From: Iphione sp. A-MEVVRFRX5
Taxonomy: Eukaryota
NCBI GenBank assembly: GCA_976226885.1
Contig: OZ320316.1
Coordinates: forward strand, 88,598,001 to 88,662,000
Reading direction: 5' to 3'
Length of the DNA stretch: 64,000 bases
A program made the translations under genes and the position numbers. A model generated the notes under the pieces. That model worked only from the letters and a program-made list of their open reading frames with translations, was not told the origin of the DNA and ran no database searches. Every line of letters starts with the position of its first letter. Positions within the stretch are counted from its first letter, which is position 1. This document shows positions 63,890 to 64,000 of the stretch, piece after piece.

Positions 63890-63903
63890 TCGGCAGGTGG
63901 CAG
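63890..63903 (+). promoter_or_regulatory. CTCF-like motif TCGGCAGGTGGCAG(TA)
   Basis: 13/14 match to the CTCF core, with typical 3' flank TA. Confidence 0.35.
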
Positions 63904-64000
63904 TACAATAAGCAATATATGGATGTAGAGGCATTAAGCCACAAATAAGTAAAGAACTAGATCCGCTCTACACAGCTCTTTCTTCAATCTGGAATAATGC

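Noticed and set aside
1-64000. Autonomous transposons (transposase, RT, integrase, Rep-helicase) or a second gene
   Set aside because: No ORF or fragment with DDE, YADD or helicase motifs. All remaining ORFs are at most ~150 aa and random-like.

Overview
This is animal genomic DNA from a bilaterian invertebrate, most likely a marine lophotrochozoan (inferred from the protein style and abundant TACATGTA). Essentially the whole window appears to be one large minus-strand gene, a solitary delta-type protocadherin with a signal peptide, 7 cadherin repeats, a transmembrane helix and a cytoplasmic tail. One large exon (acceptor at 19017, ATG at 18681, donor at 15871) encodes the whole ectodomain and the TM helix. 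Two further in-phase coding exons (5161-4850 and 2034-1839) encode a tail with a WIRS-like MTTF, a CM1-like DSGRGPSE and a PPxY motif. The 3' end lies outside the window. The remaining ~45 kb has no credible protein-coding gene. It contains GC-rich islands that look like non-coding first exons or promoters (best case: Inr+DPE at 58004), CTCF and Pbx/Meis motifs, MITEs (Tc1/mariner-like and PIF/Harbinger-like), a tRNA-derived SINE and minisatellites. I see no prokaryotic-type system and no CRISPR array. The most interesting signals are regulatory: splice-site choices that would toggle tail motifs, a uORF-packed leader, and a possible multi-promoter architecture with CTCF sites. Everything was read by eye; nothing was confirmed by alignment or expression data.
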